Positions 50,494 through 60,855 of a stretch of DNA of 64,000 nucleotides are shown here, piece after piece. Each line of letters starts with the position of its first letter. The stretch's first letter is position 1. Under the pieces are notes generated by a model. That model saw only the letters and a program-made list of their open reading frames with translations. It did no database searches and was not told the DNA's origin. The stretch comes from Bacteroidales bacterium (GTDB taxonomy: Bacteria > Bacteroidota > Bacteroidia > Bacteroidales > WRLA01). Both the position numbers and the translations under genes were made by a program. The DNA is taken from positions 3,972,965 through 4,036,964 of the forward strand of contig OY781097.1 of assembly GCA_963676415.1 (NCBI GenBank), given 5' to 3'.

Positions 50494-52386
50494 ATGGAAC
50501 AAAACAAAGTAGATGCTTTTAGGTCTTACTTAAGTAAACCCACTGATTATGCCATTTTATTAACAGGCAAATGGGGAACTGGTAAAACCTATTTTTATAA
50601 AAATCATTTGGAGAAAGAAATAAAGTCTGTTCCAAGCAGCTCTGTTTCAAACTCAAATAGTTTTAAATCTGTTTATATTTCACTTTTTGGTCTAAAATCC
50701 ATTCAAGAGATTGAAGCTCAAATTGCATTACATTTCATTACAAGCAAAACAAAAATACCACTATCAATAGCAAAAAATCTATTTCGGGGTATTTTCAGTA
50801 TAAGCCAGCTTGGAGATATTGATAATTACATAAAAGACTGGGAAAAAAGCACCAATGAAACCATCAACTTTAATGAAATTGTTCTCTGCTTCGATGACTT
50901 AGAAAGAAGAGACGAAAAATTACCAATCAATGAATTTCATGGTTATATTAACAATCTTATTGAAACCTATGGCTCTAAAATTATCCTAATTAATAATGAA
51001 ACTGAAATAAAGGACAAAGATTACAAATTAACAAAGGAGAAAGTTGTTGGAATAACTATTGACTATAATCCTAGCACAAGGCAGCAGGTCATGAAAATCA
51101 TAAATTCTAATTTATGGAAAGAATCTTCTAAATTCAAGGAACTCATAACAAATAATCTTGATGAAATATCAGTCCAACTTGAGCATGCCAACCAGAACTT
51201 ACGAACAATTATTTTTATACTTGAACAAATTAAAGACATATATTATCTAATTCAATTAGAGCTCACTAAAAAACAATTAGAGAAAATAAAAGAACGTACT
51301 TATGACCTTTTAAAATTTGCTATAAGCATATCAATTGAGTACAAAGAAGGAATGCTTAATTTTAATAATCGGCATGAAATAGAATATACCTCTAAGACAT
51401 CTTACGAAAAAGTCCTGATTGATGGTTTTCTTGAAGACCGTGAAAAAAGTGAATCAGAAGACAAGGATAAATATCGTACTAAATTTATCGAGAAATACTT
51501 TAAGCGAGAAGCTCACTACTATTTTATTGAGTCAATCTATAATTATATTACACACAAAAACAGAAAATTTAATTGCCACAAATTCTATAACGAATTTGAA
51601 AGCTTATTTGCAAGACCTACCCGAAAACTTGAATATATCCTTTTGGATAATCTAAATTCTGATGAAGCTTGGCGTCTTACAGATAAACAGTATCGAACCC
51701 ATATAGAAGCAATGTTAAAATATGCTTTTGATGGTAGTTACAAAATCTCTGAATTACTTTCCGTTTATAACCTATCTTTTAGATTTAACAACGTTTTAAA
51801 CCTAAAGCCTAAAGAGCTGAGGAAACAAATCATATGGCATCTAAAGAGAAATATTAATTCTTATAAAGCAGAAGAAACCTTAGAACATATACTTGAGATT
51901 TACGATACGAAAGATGATATCTCAAATGAAGCCAGAGAACTCATTAAAGAACTGTTGGCAATCAACGAAAAGATAATTGAGCAAAACAGAACTGAAAAGT
52001 TTTCTGAAATAATAAAGAAGCTATTCTATTCAACATCAGACTTTATAGATGAATATAGAAATACAACCAAAAATGACTGGGCTTCTCAACCAATTTTCGC
52101 TTATCAATCACCATATAAATTCAATATTTCACTTAATAAGCTACATATACTTTGCTTAGTGAAAATATATACATTCTTAAGAGATCGGTATATCAATGAA
52201 AGGCTCCCATTAAATACAGGAAGTTTTATAGAGGAGCTCCCCTTCTGGAAAGAACTTTCAGTAAGGCTAAAACCTAGCTCAATATCAAGAAAAAGGAAAA
52301 ACCGAAAAAACTATATCTTGGATCTTATTTGGGAACAAACAAAATTGATCGTAGAGAAAATGGAAAAGATATACGGGTCAAAATAA
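50494..52386 (+). CDS. KAP-family-like P-loop NTPase (AT-rich)
   Basis: Walker A 'LTGKWGTGKT', 'YISLFGL', Walker B 'LCFDDLER', long helical C-terminus. Confidence 0.75.
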   Translation: MEQNKVDAFRSYLSKPTDYAILLTGKWGTGKTYFYKNHLEKEIKSVPSSSVSNSNSFKSVYISLFGLKSIQEIEAQIALHFITSKTKIPLSIAKNLFRGIFSISQLGDIDNYIKDWEKSTNETINFNEIVLCFDDLERRDEKLPINEFHGYINNLIETYGSKIILINNETEIKDKDYKLTKEKVVGITIDYNPSTRQQVMKIINSNLWKESSKFKELITNNLDEISVQLEHANQNLRTIIFILEQIKDIYYLIQLELTKKQLEKIKERTYDLLKFAISISIEYKEGMLNFNNRHEIEYTSKTSYEKVLIDGFLEDREKSESEDKDKYRTKFIEKYFKREAHYYFIESIYNYITHKNRKFNCHKFYNEFESLFARPTRKLEYILLDNLNSDEAWRLTDKQYRTHIEAMLKYAFDGSYKISELLSVYNLSFRFNNVLNLKPKELRKQIIWHLKRNINSYKAEETLEHILEIYDTKDDISNEARELIKELLAINEKIIEQNRTEKFSEIIKKLFYSTSDFIDEYRNTTKNDWASQPIFAYQSPYKFNISLNKLHILCLVKIYTFLRDRYINERLPLNTGSFIEELPFWKELSVRLKPSSISRKRKNRKNYILDLIWEQTKLIVEKMEKIYGSK

Positions 52387-52403
52387 TTGACGATTCAATT
52401 GAA

Positions 52404-53219
52404 CTACAACTTCGCTCCGCATTTTTTGCAATAAACCGCATCATCATCGTGATCGGAAGCATGGCATCCTTTGCAAACATGCGTATTTTCAGCTGCTTTT
52501 TGATGTTTGGTCAACTCAGAAGTGATGATACCCGTAGGCACGGCAATAATGGCATAACCAATGATCATGATAATGGAAGCCAGCGCCTGACCCAAAGCAG
52601 TTTGCGGGGAAATATCGCCATAACCCACGGTAGTAAGCGTTACGATGGCCCAGTAAATTGCCCGTGGGATGCTCGTAAAACCGTTTTCTGGTCCTTCGAT
52701 AATGTACATCAGGGACCCCATCAAAACAACGATTGTGATCACAATTTCGAGGAAAACCACAATTTTATGGCGGCTGGCCCTGAGGGAAATCATCAGAACA
52801 GCACTGGCACGGATGTAGCGCGCCATCTTTAACACCCTGAATATCCGAAGGAAGCGCAAAATCCGAATTACGATTAGATAGTGAGAGCCAACCAAAAACA
52901 GGCTTAAATATGTAGGCAATATTGATAAAAAATCGATAATCCCGAAAAAGGAAAAAATATAGCGCAAAGGTTTCTGTGTGGAGTAGATCCGCAGCACATA
53001 TTCCGCAGTAAAAATCACCGTAACGCCCCATTCGATGAAGAGCAGAAATTCGTGGTACTGAGCATGTATCTCAGGCACGGAATCGAGCAAAGCGATCAGC
53101 ACACTGATAAAGATAAGCCACAAAAGTGCTACGTCAAAATTCTTTCCGGCAGGCGTATCTGCTTCAAAAATTATTTCGTAAATCCGGTTTTTAAGGCTTT
53201 TTCTTTGATCCTGCATCAT
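52404..53219 (-). CDS. Ion transporter (potassium channel, 6TM)
   Basis: S4 'RILRFLRIFRVLK', pore 'TLTTVGYGD'. Confidence 0.92.
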   Translation of the reverse strand: MMQDQRKSLKNRIYEIIFEADTPAGKNFDVALLWLIFISVLIALLDSVPEIHAQYHEFLLFIEWGVTVIFTAEYVLRIYSTQKPLRYIFSFFGIIDFLSILPTYLSLFLVGSHYLIVIRILRFLRIFRVLKMARYIRASAVLMISLRASRHKIVVFLEIVITIVVLMGSLMYIIEGPENGFTSIPRAIYWAIVTLTTVGYGDISPQTALGQALASIIMIIGYAIIAVPTGIITSELTKHQKAAENTHVCKGCHASDHDDDAVYCKKCGAKL

Positions 53220-53245
53220 GGCTTTCGTTGGAATTATGCACTAAA

Positions 53246-54076
53246 TTACAAAATTACGGCCTTCTCAGACACGCCCATTCCAAAAAGTGCAAAATCGAAG
53301 CGCACCGGATCGGCCGGATCAAATATCCGCAATGAAGATGTAAGTTCCTCCACGGCTTTCCAATCATCCTGCTTTCGAATAAAAAGTCCAAGCTGCCTGC
53401 CCACCCTGCCCGAATGCACATCGAGCGGGCACATCAATATCGATGGCGATATATTTTTCCACAATCCAAAATCCACGCCTTTGTCGTCGTCGCGCACCAT
53501 CCAGCGCAAAAACATATTCAGCCGTTTGGCTGCGCTGCCTTTGGCCGGACTGGAGATGTGCTTTTCTGATCGCTGCTCGTGTGCAGATTGCATCATCAAT
53601 TCCCGAAAACGATTGATTCGGCTGTACACATCTTCCTCAGGATCATCTCCGCTGAATACTTTTTCCAGTCCGCCATGATGTGCGTATAAATGGCGTAAAC
53701 CCGATATAAAAAACAAAAGATCAGGATATTGAAACGTACGGTGTTTAAAATGTTCAAGCCTTTTCAAATCACTGCCCCCGGCATTCATCACAAAATCAAA
53801 GGGCGCATGATCCATCAATGTCATCAGCTTTTGCGCATTGGCAACAATCATCTTACGATTGCCCCATGCAATGGTAGCGCTGAACAAAGCCGATATTTCC
53901 TTGTCTTCCTTACGTTTAAAAGAATGCGGTATGCTTATGGGGTCATCATTAATAAAAGAGGGATTATTATAGTAAGCATATTTTTTTTCGAGCAAATCAC
54001 GTACTTTATCCAGATAAATATTGACAATTTTAGGAGCCATAGATTTAAAGTGAAATTTTACGGAACATTTCAGCAA
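53246..54076 (-). CDS. TIGR02757/DUF2400 family protein
   Basis: 'DDPISIPH', 'SAAKRLNMFLRWMVR', 'PLDVHSGR', 'DPVRFDFALFG'. Confidence 0.85.
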   Translation of the reverse strand: MLKCSVKFHFKSMAPKIVNIYLDKVRDLLEKKYAYYNNPSFINDDPISIPHSFKRKEDKEISALFSATIAWGNRKMIVANAQKLMTLMDHAPFDFVMNAGGSDLKRLEHFKHRTFQYPDLLFFISGLRHLYAHHGGLEKVFSGDDPEEDVYSRINRFRELMMQSAHEQRSEKHISSPAKGSAAKRLNMFLRWMVRDDDKGVDFGLWKNISPSILMCPLDVHSGRVGRQLGLFIRKQDDWKAVEELTSSLRIFDPADPVRFDFALFGMGVSEKAVIL

Positions 54077-54812
54077 TCAATATCCCACCCGCCACAGAGG
54101 CATTGAGCGATTCGGCCACTTTCTCCCCTTTTTGTGCCGGGATGCTTATTTTACGTTTCACTGCCTTTGCCAATTCAGCGCGGATACCATGCGATTCGCT
54201 GCCAATGATCAAAGCAGTTTGTTTTGGAAAATCGCATTTGAAAGCATTTTCACCATCGAGAAATGCTCCGAATGCAGTATAGTTGGAGTGTTTTAACAGG
54301 GCTGCGATTTCCTCTGCCGGGGCATAACGGCATCGTACCGAACGCAAAGCGCCCATTGTGGCCTGCACAACTTTTGGGTTGTAGTGTTCAACACAATCAT
54401 TGGTCATCACAAGTTCCTCAAAACCGAACCAGTTCATCGTCCGGATGATGGTTCCCATATTACCAGGATCGCTGATTCCATCGAGGACAATGATAGGTTT
54501 TTCAGAATTTTCCGGCAAAACACCGATGGGATCATCCGGTATTGGAAAAACGCAAAGCAACTGATTAGGTGTTTTGAGGTTAGAGATTTTTCCCAGCTCT
54601 GTGGCATTGATTTCCGTAATCTCAACCCAGGAGGGGAAAGAATGGTTTTCGAGAAAACCGGCAAGCGCATAAAGCTCACAGGAAGGCCAGGAATATCGCA
54701 GCAGATCAAGACAAACTTTGGGCCCCTCAGCAATAAAGAAACCCAGTTTTTGGCGGTATTTCCTCTGTGCCAATGACTGGAGGCGTTTTATTTGGTTTTT
54801 TGTAAGTGCCAT
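54045..54812 (-). CDS. TrmH/SpoU family RNA methyltransferase
   Basis: 'LDGISDPGNMGTIIRT', 'IGSESHGI', 'ESLNASVAGGI'. Confidence 0.92.
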   Translation of the reverse strand: MALTKNQIKRLQSLAQRKYRQKLGFFIAEGPKVCLDLLRYSWPSCELYALAGFLENHSFPSWVEITEINATELGKISNLKTPNQLLCVFPIPDDPIGVLPENSEKPIIVLDGISDPGNMGTIIRTMNWFGFEELVMTNDCVEHYNPKVVQATMGALRSVRCRYAPAEEIAALLKHSNYTAFGAFLDGENAFKCDFPKQTALIIGSESHGIRAELAKAVKRKISIPAQKGEKVAESLNASVAGGILIAEMFRKISL

Positions 54813-54893
54813 GCGACAAAGTTAAGAATCAGTGGCAGATAAAAAAAAAGCGCCCCGAAAAACAGAGCGCTTTAAATATTTTGTGCTGTAGAA

Positions 54894-55343
54894 TTATTCA
54901 GCAAAAACTTCAAAACTGATTTTTGCACCAATTTCTTTGTGCAGTTTCACATCGGCATTATACGTACCGAGTTCTTTAATAGAGCTGCCATCAACAAAGA
55001 TTTTCTTACGATCCACATCGTAATTAAATTGTTCTTTCAGTGCATCCGCAATTTGCAGGGCATTTACAGAACCAAAGATTTTACCATTGCTGGAAGCTTT
55101 GGCACCGATACGCACGGTAAGGCCTTCGAGAGCTTCTGCAAGAGCAGTACTTTCTTTGCGGATTTTTTCTTCTTTATATGATTTCTGACGGAGCAGTTCT
55201 TCATGTGCTTTACGTGCAGATTTTGTAGCGAGGATAGCCATTCCCTGTGGGATAAGGTAATTACGTGCAAAGCCATCCTTAACGGTTACGATTTCATTAG
55301 CATAACCGACACCTGTAACATCTTGTTTTAAAATAATGTCCAT
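54894..55343 (-). CDS. rplI: 50S ribosomal protein L9
   Basis: 'VKDGFARNYLIPQG', 'IFGSV'. Confidence 0.97.
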   Translation of the reverse strand: MDIILKQDVTGVGYANEIVTVKDGFARNYLIPQGMAILATKSARKAHEELLRQKSYKEEKIRKESTALAEALEGLTVRIGAKASSNGKIFGSVNALQIADALKEQFNYDVDRKKIFVDGSSIKELGTYNADVKLHKEIGAKISFEVFAE

Positions 55344-55355
55344 TTTGTGTCCTCC

Positions 55356-55625
55356 TTATTTTAATAAATCACCAACATAAGGCATGAGGGCGATATGACG
55401 TGCCCTTTTTATGGCCTGTGCAACTTTCTTTTGATATTTTGTGGAAGTACCGGTAAGACGGCGTGGAAGAATTTTTCCCTGCTCGTTTACAAACTTCATC
55501 AGAAAGTTTTCGTCTTTATAATCGATATACTTAATGCCGCTTTTTTTGAAACGACAATATTTTTTCTTGCGGGTATCAACAGCAATTGGCGTTAAATACC
55601 TGATTTCTGAATTTTGTTGTGCCAT
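55356..55625 (-). CDS. rpsR: 30S ribosomal protein S18
   Basis: '[29 protein letters not shown]'. Confidence 0.97.
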   Translation of the reverse strand: MAQQNSEIRYLTPIAVDTRKKKYCRFKKSGIKYIDYKDENFLMKFVNEQGKILPRRLTGTSTKYQKKVAQAIKRARHIALMPYVGDLLK

Positions 55626-55644
55626 TTTCTTTTCGTTTTAATTC

Positions 55645-56004
55645 TTAGGATTGAACTTCTTCTTTTTTGGCTTTCGCTGCTTTGCGTTTTTTCTCGTTAT
55701 AAGCAACAGCATGCTTGTCGAGTTTTACTGTTAAAAAGCGAAGAACGCGCTCATCGCGTTTAAAAGCCAGTTCCATATCCTGGATCATGGCACCTGTTTC
55801 ATGAGTAAACTCAATCAGGTGATAAAATCCTGATGATTTCTTTTGGATCGGGTATGCCAGTTTACGCATGCCCCAGTGCTCTTCGTGCACTATCTTACCG
55901 CCGTTCTCTGTGATGAACGACTGGTACTTTTTAACCGCTTCCTTCATCTGTTCTTCAGACAAAACGGGAGTTAAAATGAAAACGGTTTCGTACTGTTTAA
56001 GCAT
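55645..56004 (-). CDS. rpsF: 30S ribosomal protein S6
   Basis: 'YETVFILTP', 'WGMRKLAYPI'. Confidence 0.97.
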   Translation of the reverse strand: MLKQYETVFILTPVLSEEQMKEAVKKYQSFITENGGKIVHEEHWGMRKLAYPIQKKSSGFYHLIEFTHETGAMIQDMELAFKRDERVLRFLTVKLDKHAVAYNEKKRKAAKAKKEEVQS

Positions 56005-56300
56005 TTCTTTGATTTTTAAATAATTAGAACTAAATTCTTAAAACGGGTTGCAAAATTAAACTATTTTTTAATGTGCACAAATATAGAATAGAAAAAATTC
56101 AAAGCAAATGTATCTTAATCAAGCCTTATGAATCCAAAACAGATGATGAAATGAGTCCCCAAAAAAAGCTACTGCGCGGAAACTCCATCTTTTCTGACCG
56201 GACCTAAATTAATTTCAGAAAAAATATTGATATAACGTTATTCAAAATCAATTATTTAACAATAACACAGCTGTTTAAGCTAAATTTTTTTCCTGAAAAG

Positions 56301-56331
56301 TTTGGTTATTTAAAAAAAGGCAGTACTTTTG
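56301..56331 (+). promoter_or_regulatory. Bacteroidota sigmaA promoter for the tRNA-Glu pair
   Basis: TTTG (56301-04), 19-bp spacer, TACTTTTG (56324-31). Confidence 0.75.
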
Positions 56332-56393
56332 CATCCCCATTCGGGAAAAAGATCTTTAAATGTTGTTGTACTTATCATGAACTAAAGAACAAT

Positions 56394-56468
56394 GCTCCGT
56401 TCGTCTAGGGGTTAGGACGCCAGGTTTTCATCCTGGTAGCAGGGGTTCAAATCCCCTACGGAGTACCA
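56394..56468 (+). tRNA. tRNA-Glu(TTC), copy 1 with encoded CCA
   Basis: GCTCCGT/ACGGAGT acceptor, CCAGG-TTTTCAT-CCTGG anticodon arm, GTTCAAATC. Confidence 0.96.
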
Positions 56469-56479
56469 AGACAGTTCAT

Positions 56480-56551
56480 GCTCCGTTCGTCTAGGGGTTA
56501 GGACGCCAGGTTTTCATCCTGGTAGCAGGGGTTCAAATCCCCTACGGAGTA
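56480..56551 (+). tRNA. tRNA-Glu(TTC), copy 2
   Basis: Identical 72-nt body; followed by caa rather than cca. Confidence 0.96.
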
Positions 56552-56562
56552 CAACAACAGCG

Positions 56563-56593
56563 AAGCCTGGCAGAAATGCCGGGCTTTTTTTTT
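56563..56593 (+). terminator. Intrinsic terminator after the tRNAs
   Basis: agcctggca-gaaa-tgccgggct plus T-run. Confidence 0.85.
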
Positions 56594-56716
56594 AATGTAT
56601 GATTGTTTTTTTAGCCTGCTCTATTCATAAAATGCAAACAAAATATTGTAAGCAGCTAAAAATTAGGTTTTTACTAATTTTATATCCTAAAATTGAATTT
56701 GTTCGCATTTTACCAG

Positions 56717-56814
56717 TGCATTAAATCAGGCCATCTGCTTCGTTGCTAAAGCTTTGAAATAGGCGACTATATCTTCAGCTTTAGACGCCTCACATCAGAC
56801 CTGAATTTAAAGCA
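56717..56814. repeat. ~98-bp imperfect palindrome (REP/REPIN-like)
   Basis: tgcattaaatcagg/cctgaatttaaagca outer arms and ctaaagct/agctttag inner arms. Confidence 0.55.
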
Positions 56815-56845
56815 TGAATAAAGCAGGTTAGGAAAAAAAAGAGGC

Positions 56846-57319
56846 TCAATCCCCTTTTTTCGAAAATAGCGAAACCACAAAAGATTTGACAACTTCTGCG
56901 GTTGTTTTGTAGGGATCGCGTTTTCGTGCTTCACTGTAATCAGCCATAGCGCTGATGTAGGAGCCCAGTTGCTGCTTGGCTTTTGCGCGATAAATGTATG
57001 CCTGAACATAATTTTCGTTGATTTTAATGGTATTGGTCAAATCCAAAAGCGCATCCTCAAAGCGGCCCAACTGAAAATAAGAATATCCCCGTATAAAAAA
57101 CAAATCGGCACTGACAATGCCGCCGGCAATCATCTCACTGCTGCCCACGATGGCTTCCACATAATTATTGTTATTGACCTGTTGCATCAGGCTGTCAATA
57201 CTTTGCGACCTGACTGTTTCAGCACAAAGCAGGAACAAGATCAAAACTGCAGAAAAGTAAATCTTCCTTATCATAGAATACCATTTTAATGATTCAAAGG
57301 AGCTTACAAAGCCATTCAA
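56846..57319 (-). CDS. Tetratricopeptide repeat protein
   Basis: 'FFIRGYSYFQLGRFEDALLDL..AYIYRAKAKQQLG'; signal peptide; the start is probably a later Met. Confidence 0.8.
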   Translation of the reverse strand: MNGFVSSFESLKWYSMIRKIYFSAVLILFLLCAETVRSQSIDSLMQQVNNNNYVEAIVGSSEMIAGGIVSADLFFIRGYSYFQLGRFEDALLDLTNTIKINENYVQAYIYRAKAKQQLGSYISAMADYSEARKRDPYKTTAEVVKSFVVSLFSKKGD

Positions 57320-57415
57320 ATACTAAACGTCCATCGGGCATATATTGTTACAGGAAAAAACAAAAAAAGCCCTCCACCTAAAAAGATGGAAGGCCGGTAA
57401 ACGCATACGCCATTT

Positions 57416-58852
57416 TTAGAATTTGTAACCCAATGTCAAAGCGATGCTTGTATTTGAAATATCGTTTGTAACTACCGGACGGTTGCTGCTTACGTAATAC
57501 GGATAATATTTTTGTGTTGAGCTGGCCTGCACAAAAGAAAGATCCATTGCAAACTGCTGATAACGATAGCCCAGGCCAAGCGAAAAACTGCTGACAGCAG
57601 CATCATTTATTTCAGTATCTTTATAAGGGCTTGTTTCGTAGGCATAACCACCCCGGAAGCTAAACGGCCCGTAGCGCCATTCGGTACCTACACGTAATTT
57701 GTGCTGCGAAGTATAAGTATCGCTAATTGCCTGATTTTGATCATAAAATTCTCCACTTGGTCTTAGTTTTGCTCCCGAATAATCCACGTATTCGTAATCT
57801 GCCGAGAGCATTCCATTTGTCCCGAAAATGAAAGCCAAACCTCCCATTGCACGCCAGGGCGTTACCATTTCATAATTGTATTCGCTGTATGGACTGTCCA
57901 CATACTGATTATCGTACAAGCTATCAAAAGCTGAGCTCATGCTATAACGCCAGCGGTCCTGCATACTTCCAAAATAAGTTGGTGTATGGATTGCAGCACC
58001 TAAACGAAGGAAATCTGTTGCGCGGAATATCAAACCAAATTTACCATTGATACCGGTTCCTCTGGTTTCAATACTTTCGGTAAACTTCATCGACTGAAAA
58101 TACGGATTTTTTCCCTCAGAATCTTCTTCGGTGTAAACCGCATCATAATAATAGCGGATAATGGGCATGCCCAGGGTAACACCAACATATAACCGGTCGC
58201 TGTAATTCCCCGAAACGGAAAAGACCATTTCGTTCATAGCGCCGCTGGATTCAGATGTTTGCCTTTGATAAACATCACCTTCCTGCATATCCGAAAAGTA
58301 CTCGCCCCCATCTTCAAAGATGAGATTGGCTTTCTCAGCCATATCTGTAATCGATCCATCCTGAATCCCATACAAATTAGCATCAGCTACCATTTGGGTC
58401 AGCATAGAATTATTCGGGTTAAAACCTTCAAAAAACATGCGCCCATGGAAATCATTGATCCGGTTCACTCCAAACCCAAACTGCACATTGCGCCAGCCTG
58501 CTTCTTCAAGACGGTTGGGGTAAGTCATGGTCAGAACTACACCCAAATTATTGAAATTAAAGGTGTAGCTGTCATCACTACGCAGGTTTCCAAAGTACTC
58601 CGATTCTGTTGAAGAAAAATAAAGCGAAGGCGTAACTGTAAAATCCGATGTTTTGAACAGGCCCATACCAGCAGGGTTGGTACTGAGCACACTGAAATCG
58701 GCGCCTACGGCAGAAAATGCACCCGACATACCCGAAAAGCGTGCTGTACCACTGTAGGTTAAGTTCGAATAGCGCAAAGCATCCATCGCGTTCTGCCCGA
58801 ATGTAACCGCAGAAAGCAATATCAGTGCAATGAGGACATTTAGTTTTTTCAT
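57416..58852 (-). CDS. Outer-membrane beta-barrel (FadL/OmpP1-like)
   Basis: 'GTARFSGMSGAFSAVGADFS..NPAG' plug motif, terminal aromatic 'LGYKF'. Confidence 0.8.
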   Translation of the reverse strand: MKKLNVLIALILLSAVTFGQNAMDALRYSNLTYSGTARFSGMSGAFSAVGADFSVLSTNPAGMGLFKTSDFTVTPSLYFSSTESEYFGNLRSDDSYTFNFNNLGVVLTMTYPNRLEEAGWRNVQFGFGVNRINDFHGRMFFEGFNPNNSMLTQMVADANLYGIQDGSITDMAEKANLIFEDGGEYFSDMQEGDVYQRQTSESSGAMNEMVFSVSGNYSDRLYVGVTLGMPIIRYYYDAVYTEEDSEGKNPYFQSMKFTESIETRGTGINGKFGLIFRATDFLRLGAAIHTPTYFGSMQDRWRYSMSSAFDSLYDNQYVDSPYSEYNYEMVTPWRAMGGLAFIFGTNGMLSADYEYVDYSGAKLRPSGEFYDQNQAISDTYTSQHKLRVGTEWRYGPFSFRGGYAYETSPYKDTEINDAAVSSFSLGLGYRYQQFAMDLSFVQASSTQKYYPYYVSSNRPVVTNDISNTSIALTLGYKF

Positions 58853-58992
58853 GGTATTATATTTTATTCGTTTTTTATCTGTTAACATTTAATATTTCAG
58901 GCAATACGTCATTCCAATTTATACTGCTATTGCCATACGGGATGTTCCTGCATATTTTTCAATAAGCCGGAGACATTCAATATGAAAACACC

Positions 58993-60738
58993 TTATCGGC
59001 GACGACCTCCGCCGGAAGAGCCGCTGCTCCTGCTGCTGCCACTCGAACCTGATGAACGGGACGGACTGGAATAAGATGATCCAGAAGAACGTGATGAGGA
59101 AGAACGTGATGGACTTGAATAGCTACTGCGCGACGGGCTGGAATAGCTTTTGGTACGTGTGCTGCTGCTTCGGCTTGGCGAGCTGTAGCTTCTGCTTGCC
59201 GGCTGCGAATAAGAAGTCCGGGATGGTTTTGAATAAGTACGTGTTGTTGTGGAACGCGTATTATTTGAACGTGCCGCTGGCTGACGAACCTGCCTGCTTT
59301 GCGAAGTGCGGTCGTAGCGGTTTACCCTTGTGTTATTATTTGATGTCCTGTTGGGAACAATGGACGAACGTGAGGGCGCAGTATATTCTGTGCTCGAGCG
59401 GCGTGTATTGCTGCCCGGCTGGGTATATCGCTTGGTTTGTGATGCAGGATTGGATCGTGCACGCGACAAATCTGAAGCGCTCATACGGTTTTGCCTGCTG
59501 TAGCGGTTATAATCGCCCGAACCGGCACCTGATGTGCGTGAATACCTTGATTGCGAACGTGCAGTACGTGGGTCTGTATTTTGATTTGTACGCGCATTAG
59601 CTGAGCGCGGAGTATTTTCACGGCTGGTTTTTGCCACATCAGAACGTGAATCTGTTCTGTTGGTTTGGGCGGCATTTGCCCTTCTGGTGCTTACAGAGGC
59701 AGCACGATCGTTTGTTGCGGTGCCTGTGCGTTCTTTCGTAACAGAAGCATCACCTCTGGCGTGTGCAGCACGATCAGTGTTTACTGCGGAAGCACGGTCG
59801 CTGATGGATGATGAACCATCTTTCGTGCGTGGAGTAGCATTTGCCCCTCCCCTTGCCCATGATGCGCGGTCGCCAAGTGTAGCGCCTGTTCCGGCAAAAC
59901 GGGCTCCATCGGTATTGCCTCGTCCGCGACGTGGTCCGTAATAATATCCGGAGGCATTTCCGTGATGACTGCCACCACCCCAGTAGTAGCCGTCATACCA
60001 ACCATTCCAATAGCCGTTCCAATAGCTGTTGTAACCGTAGTAAGGGTATCCCCAGCCATATCCGGGATAGCTCCAAGCGGGATAACCCCAACCGAAACCT
60101 ATTGAGCCCCAGCCCCATCCTAATGAAAAGCCCCAATTTCCTCCGTAATAAGGCCAGCCCCAGTTATTGCCTACATAAATACTTGTTCCCCAATAAAATG
60201 GATCATAGGTATAATAATAAAGGTCGGTGTAGCACGGATCGTAATAACCAAATCCGCTGTATGGACGGTGAAAACGGTTGATGCGGGCAGCGTAGCTATA
60301 ATCGTAATAATCATCACCGAATGAAAAATCATCCGTTTCGTAATAGTAATTGTTAGTGACGTATGCTTGCCCATCTTCATCCGTAAACTCCTCGGTTGTA
60401 GTGTAAACCGGTTCATCGGGATTTGTTTGCGGAGCCTGGCTGTATTCACTGTACTGGCGCATATCGCTGGCAAGGGAACGTTCCTCAGGTTCCTGATACT
60501 GATAATCATTTTCGGGTTCCTGATAAATATGACGCTCAACAACTTTAACCTGCTGCGGTTCCTGCGCCAGATCGGATGATTTTTGCTCAGAGGCTTTGGC
60601 ATCCGTTGCGGTTGGATGGCTTTGCGAATTGCTTACCGAATAGTAAGCATCATCATAAGGTGTTGAAGCTGTGTATGTGGAAGTACAGCCCAACATCAGA
60701 AATGATGATATGATTGCGATGGAAATAAATGATCTCAT
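58993..60738 (-). CDS. Lipoprotein with Gly/Trp/Tyr-rich middle and Ser/Arg low-complexity tail
   Basis: Lipobox 'FLMLGC'; 'YDYSYAARINRFH' motif; SRSS-rich C-terminus. Confidence 0.75.
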   Translation of the reverse strand: MRSFISIAIISSFLMLGCTSTYTASTPYDDAYYSVSNSQSHPTATDAKASEQKSSDLAQEPQQVKVVERHIYQEPENDYQYQEPEERSLASDMRQYSEYSQAPQTNPDEPVYTTTEEFTDEDGQAYVTNNYYYETDDFSFGDDYYDYSYAARINRFHRPYSGFGYYDPCYTDLYYYTYDPFYWGTSIYVGNNWGWPYYGGNWGFSLGWGWGSIGFGWGYPAWSYPGYGWGYPYYGYNSYWNGYWNGWYDGYYWGGGSHHGNASGYYYGPRRGRGNTDGARFAGTGATLGDRASWARGGANATPRTKDGSSSISDRASAVNTDRAAHARGDASVTKERTGTATNDRAASVSTRRANAAQTNRTDSRSDVAKTSRENTPRSANARTNQNTDPRTARSQSRYSRTSGAGSGDYNRYSRQNRMSASDLSRARSNPASQTKRYTQPGSNTRRSSTEYTAPSRSSIVPNRTSNNNTRVNRYDRTSQSRQVRQPAARSNNTRSTTTRTYSKPSRTSYSQPASRSYSSPSRSSSTRTKSYSSPSRSSYSSPSRSSSSRSSGSSYSSPSRSSGSSGSSRSSGSSGGGRRR

Positions 60739-60855
60739 GATAACCTCCGTATTTAAATTCATATTTGCATTTTTCTCGTTCTTTCTTATTATTTTTGCCG
60801 CTTTCGGCACTAATAAGTGCTTAAATAAATTCAAATATCATACCATTTTTCAATT

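Noticed and set aside
56394-56551. 72-bp direct repeat as a possible att site or array
   Set aside because: Both copies are complete tRNA-Glu genes under one promoter and terminator.
58993-59400. Repetitive sequence resembling a short array
   Set aside because: It is coding low-complexity Ser/Arg/Gly sequence with no fixed repeat-spacer period; not CRISPR.
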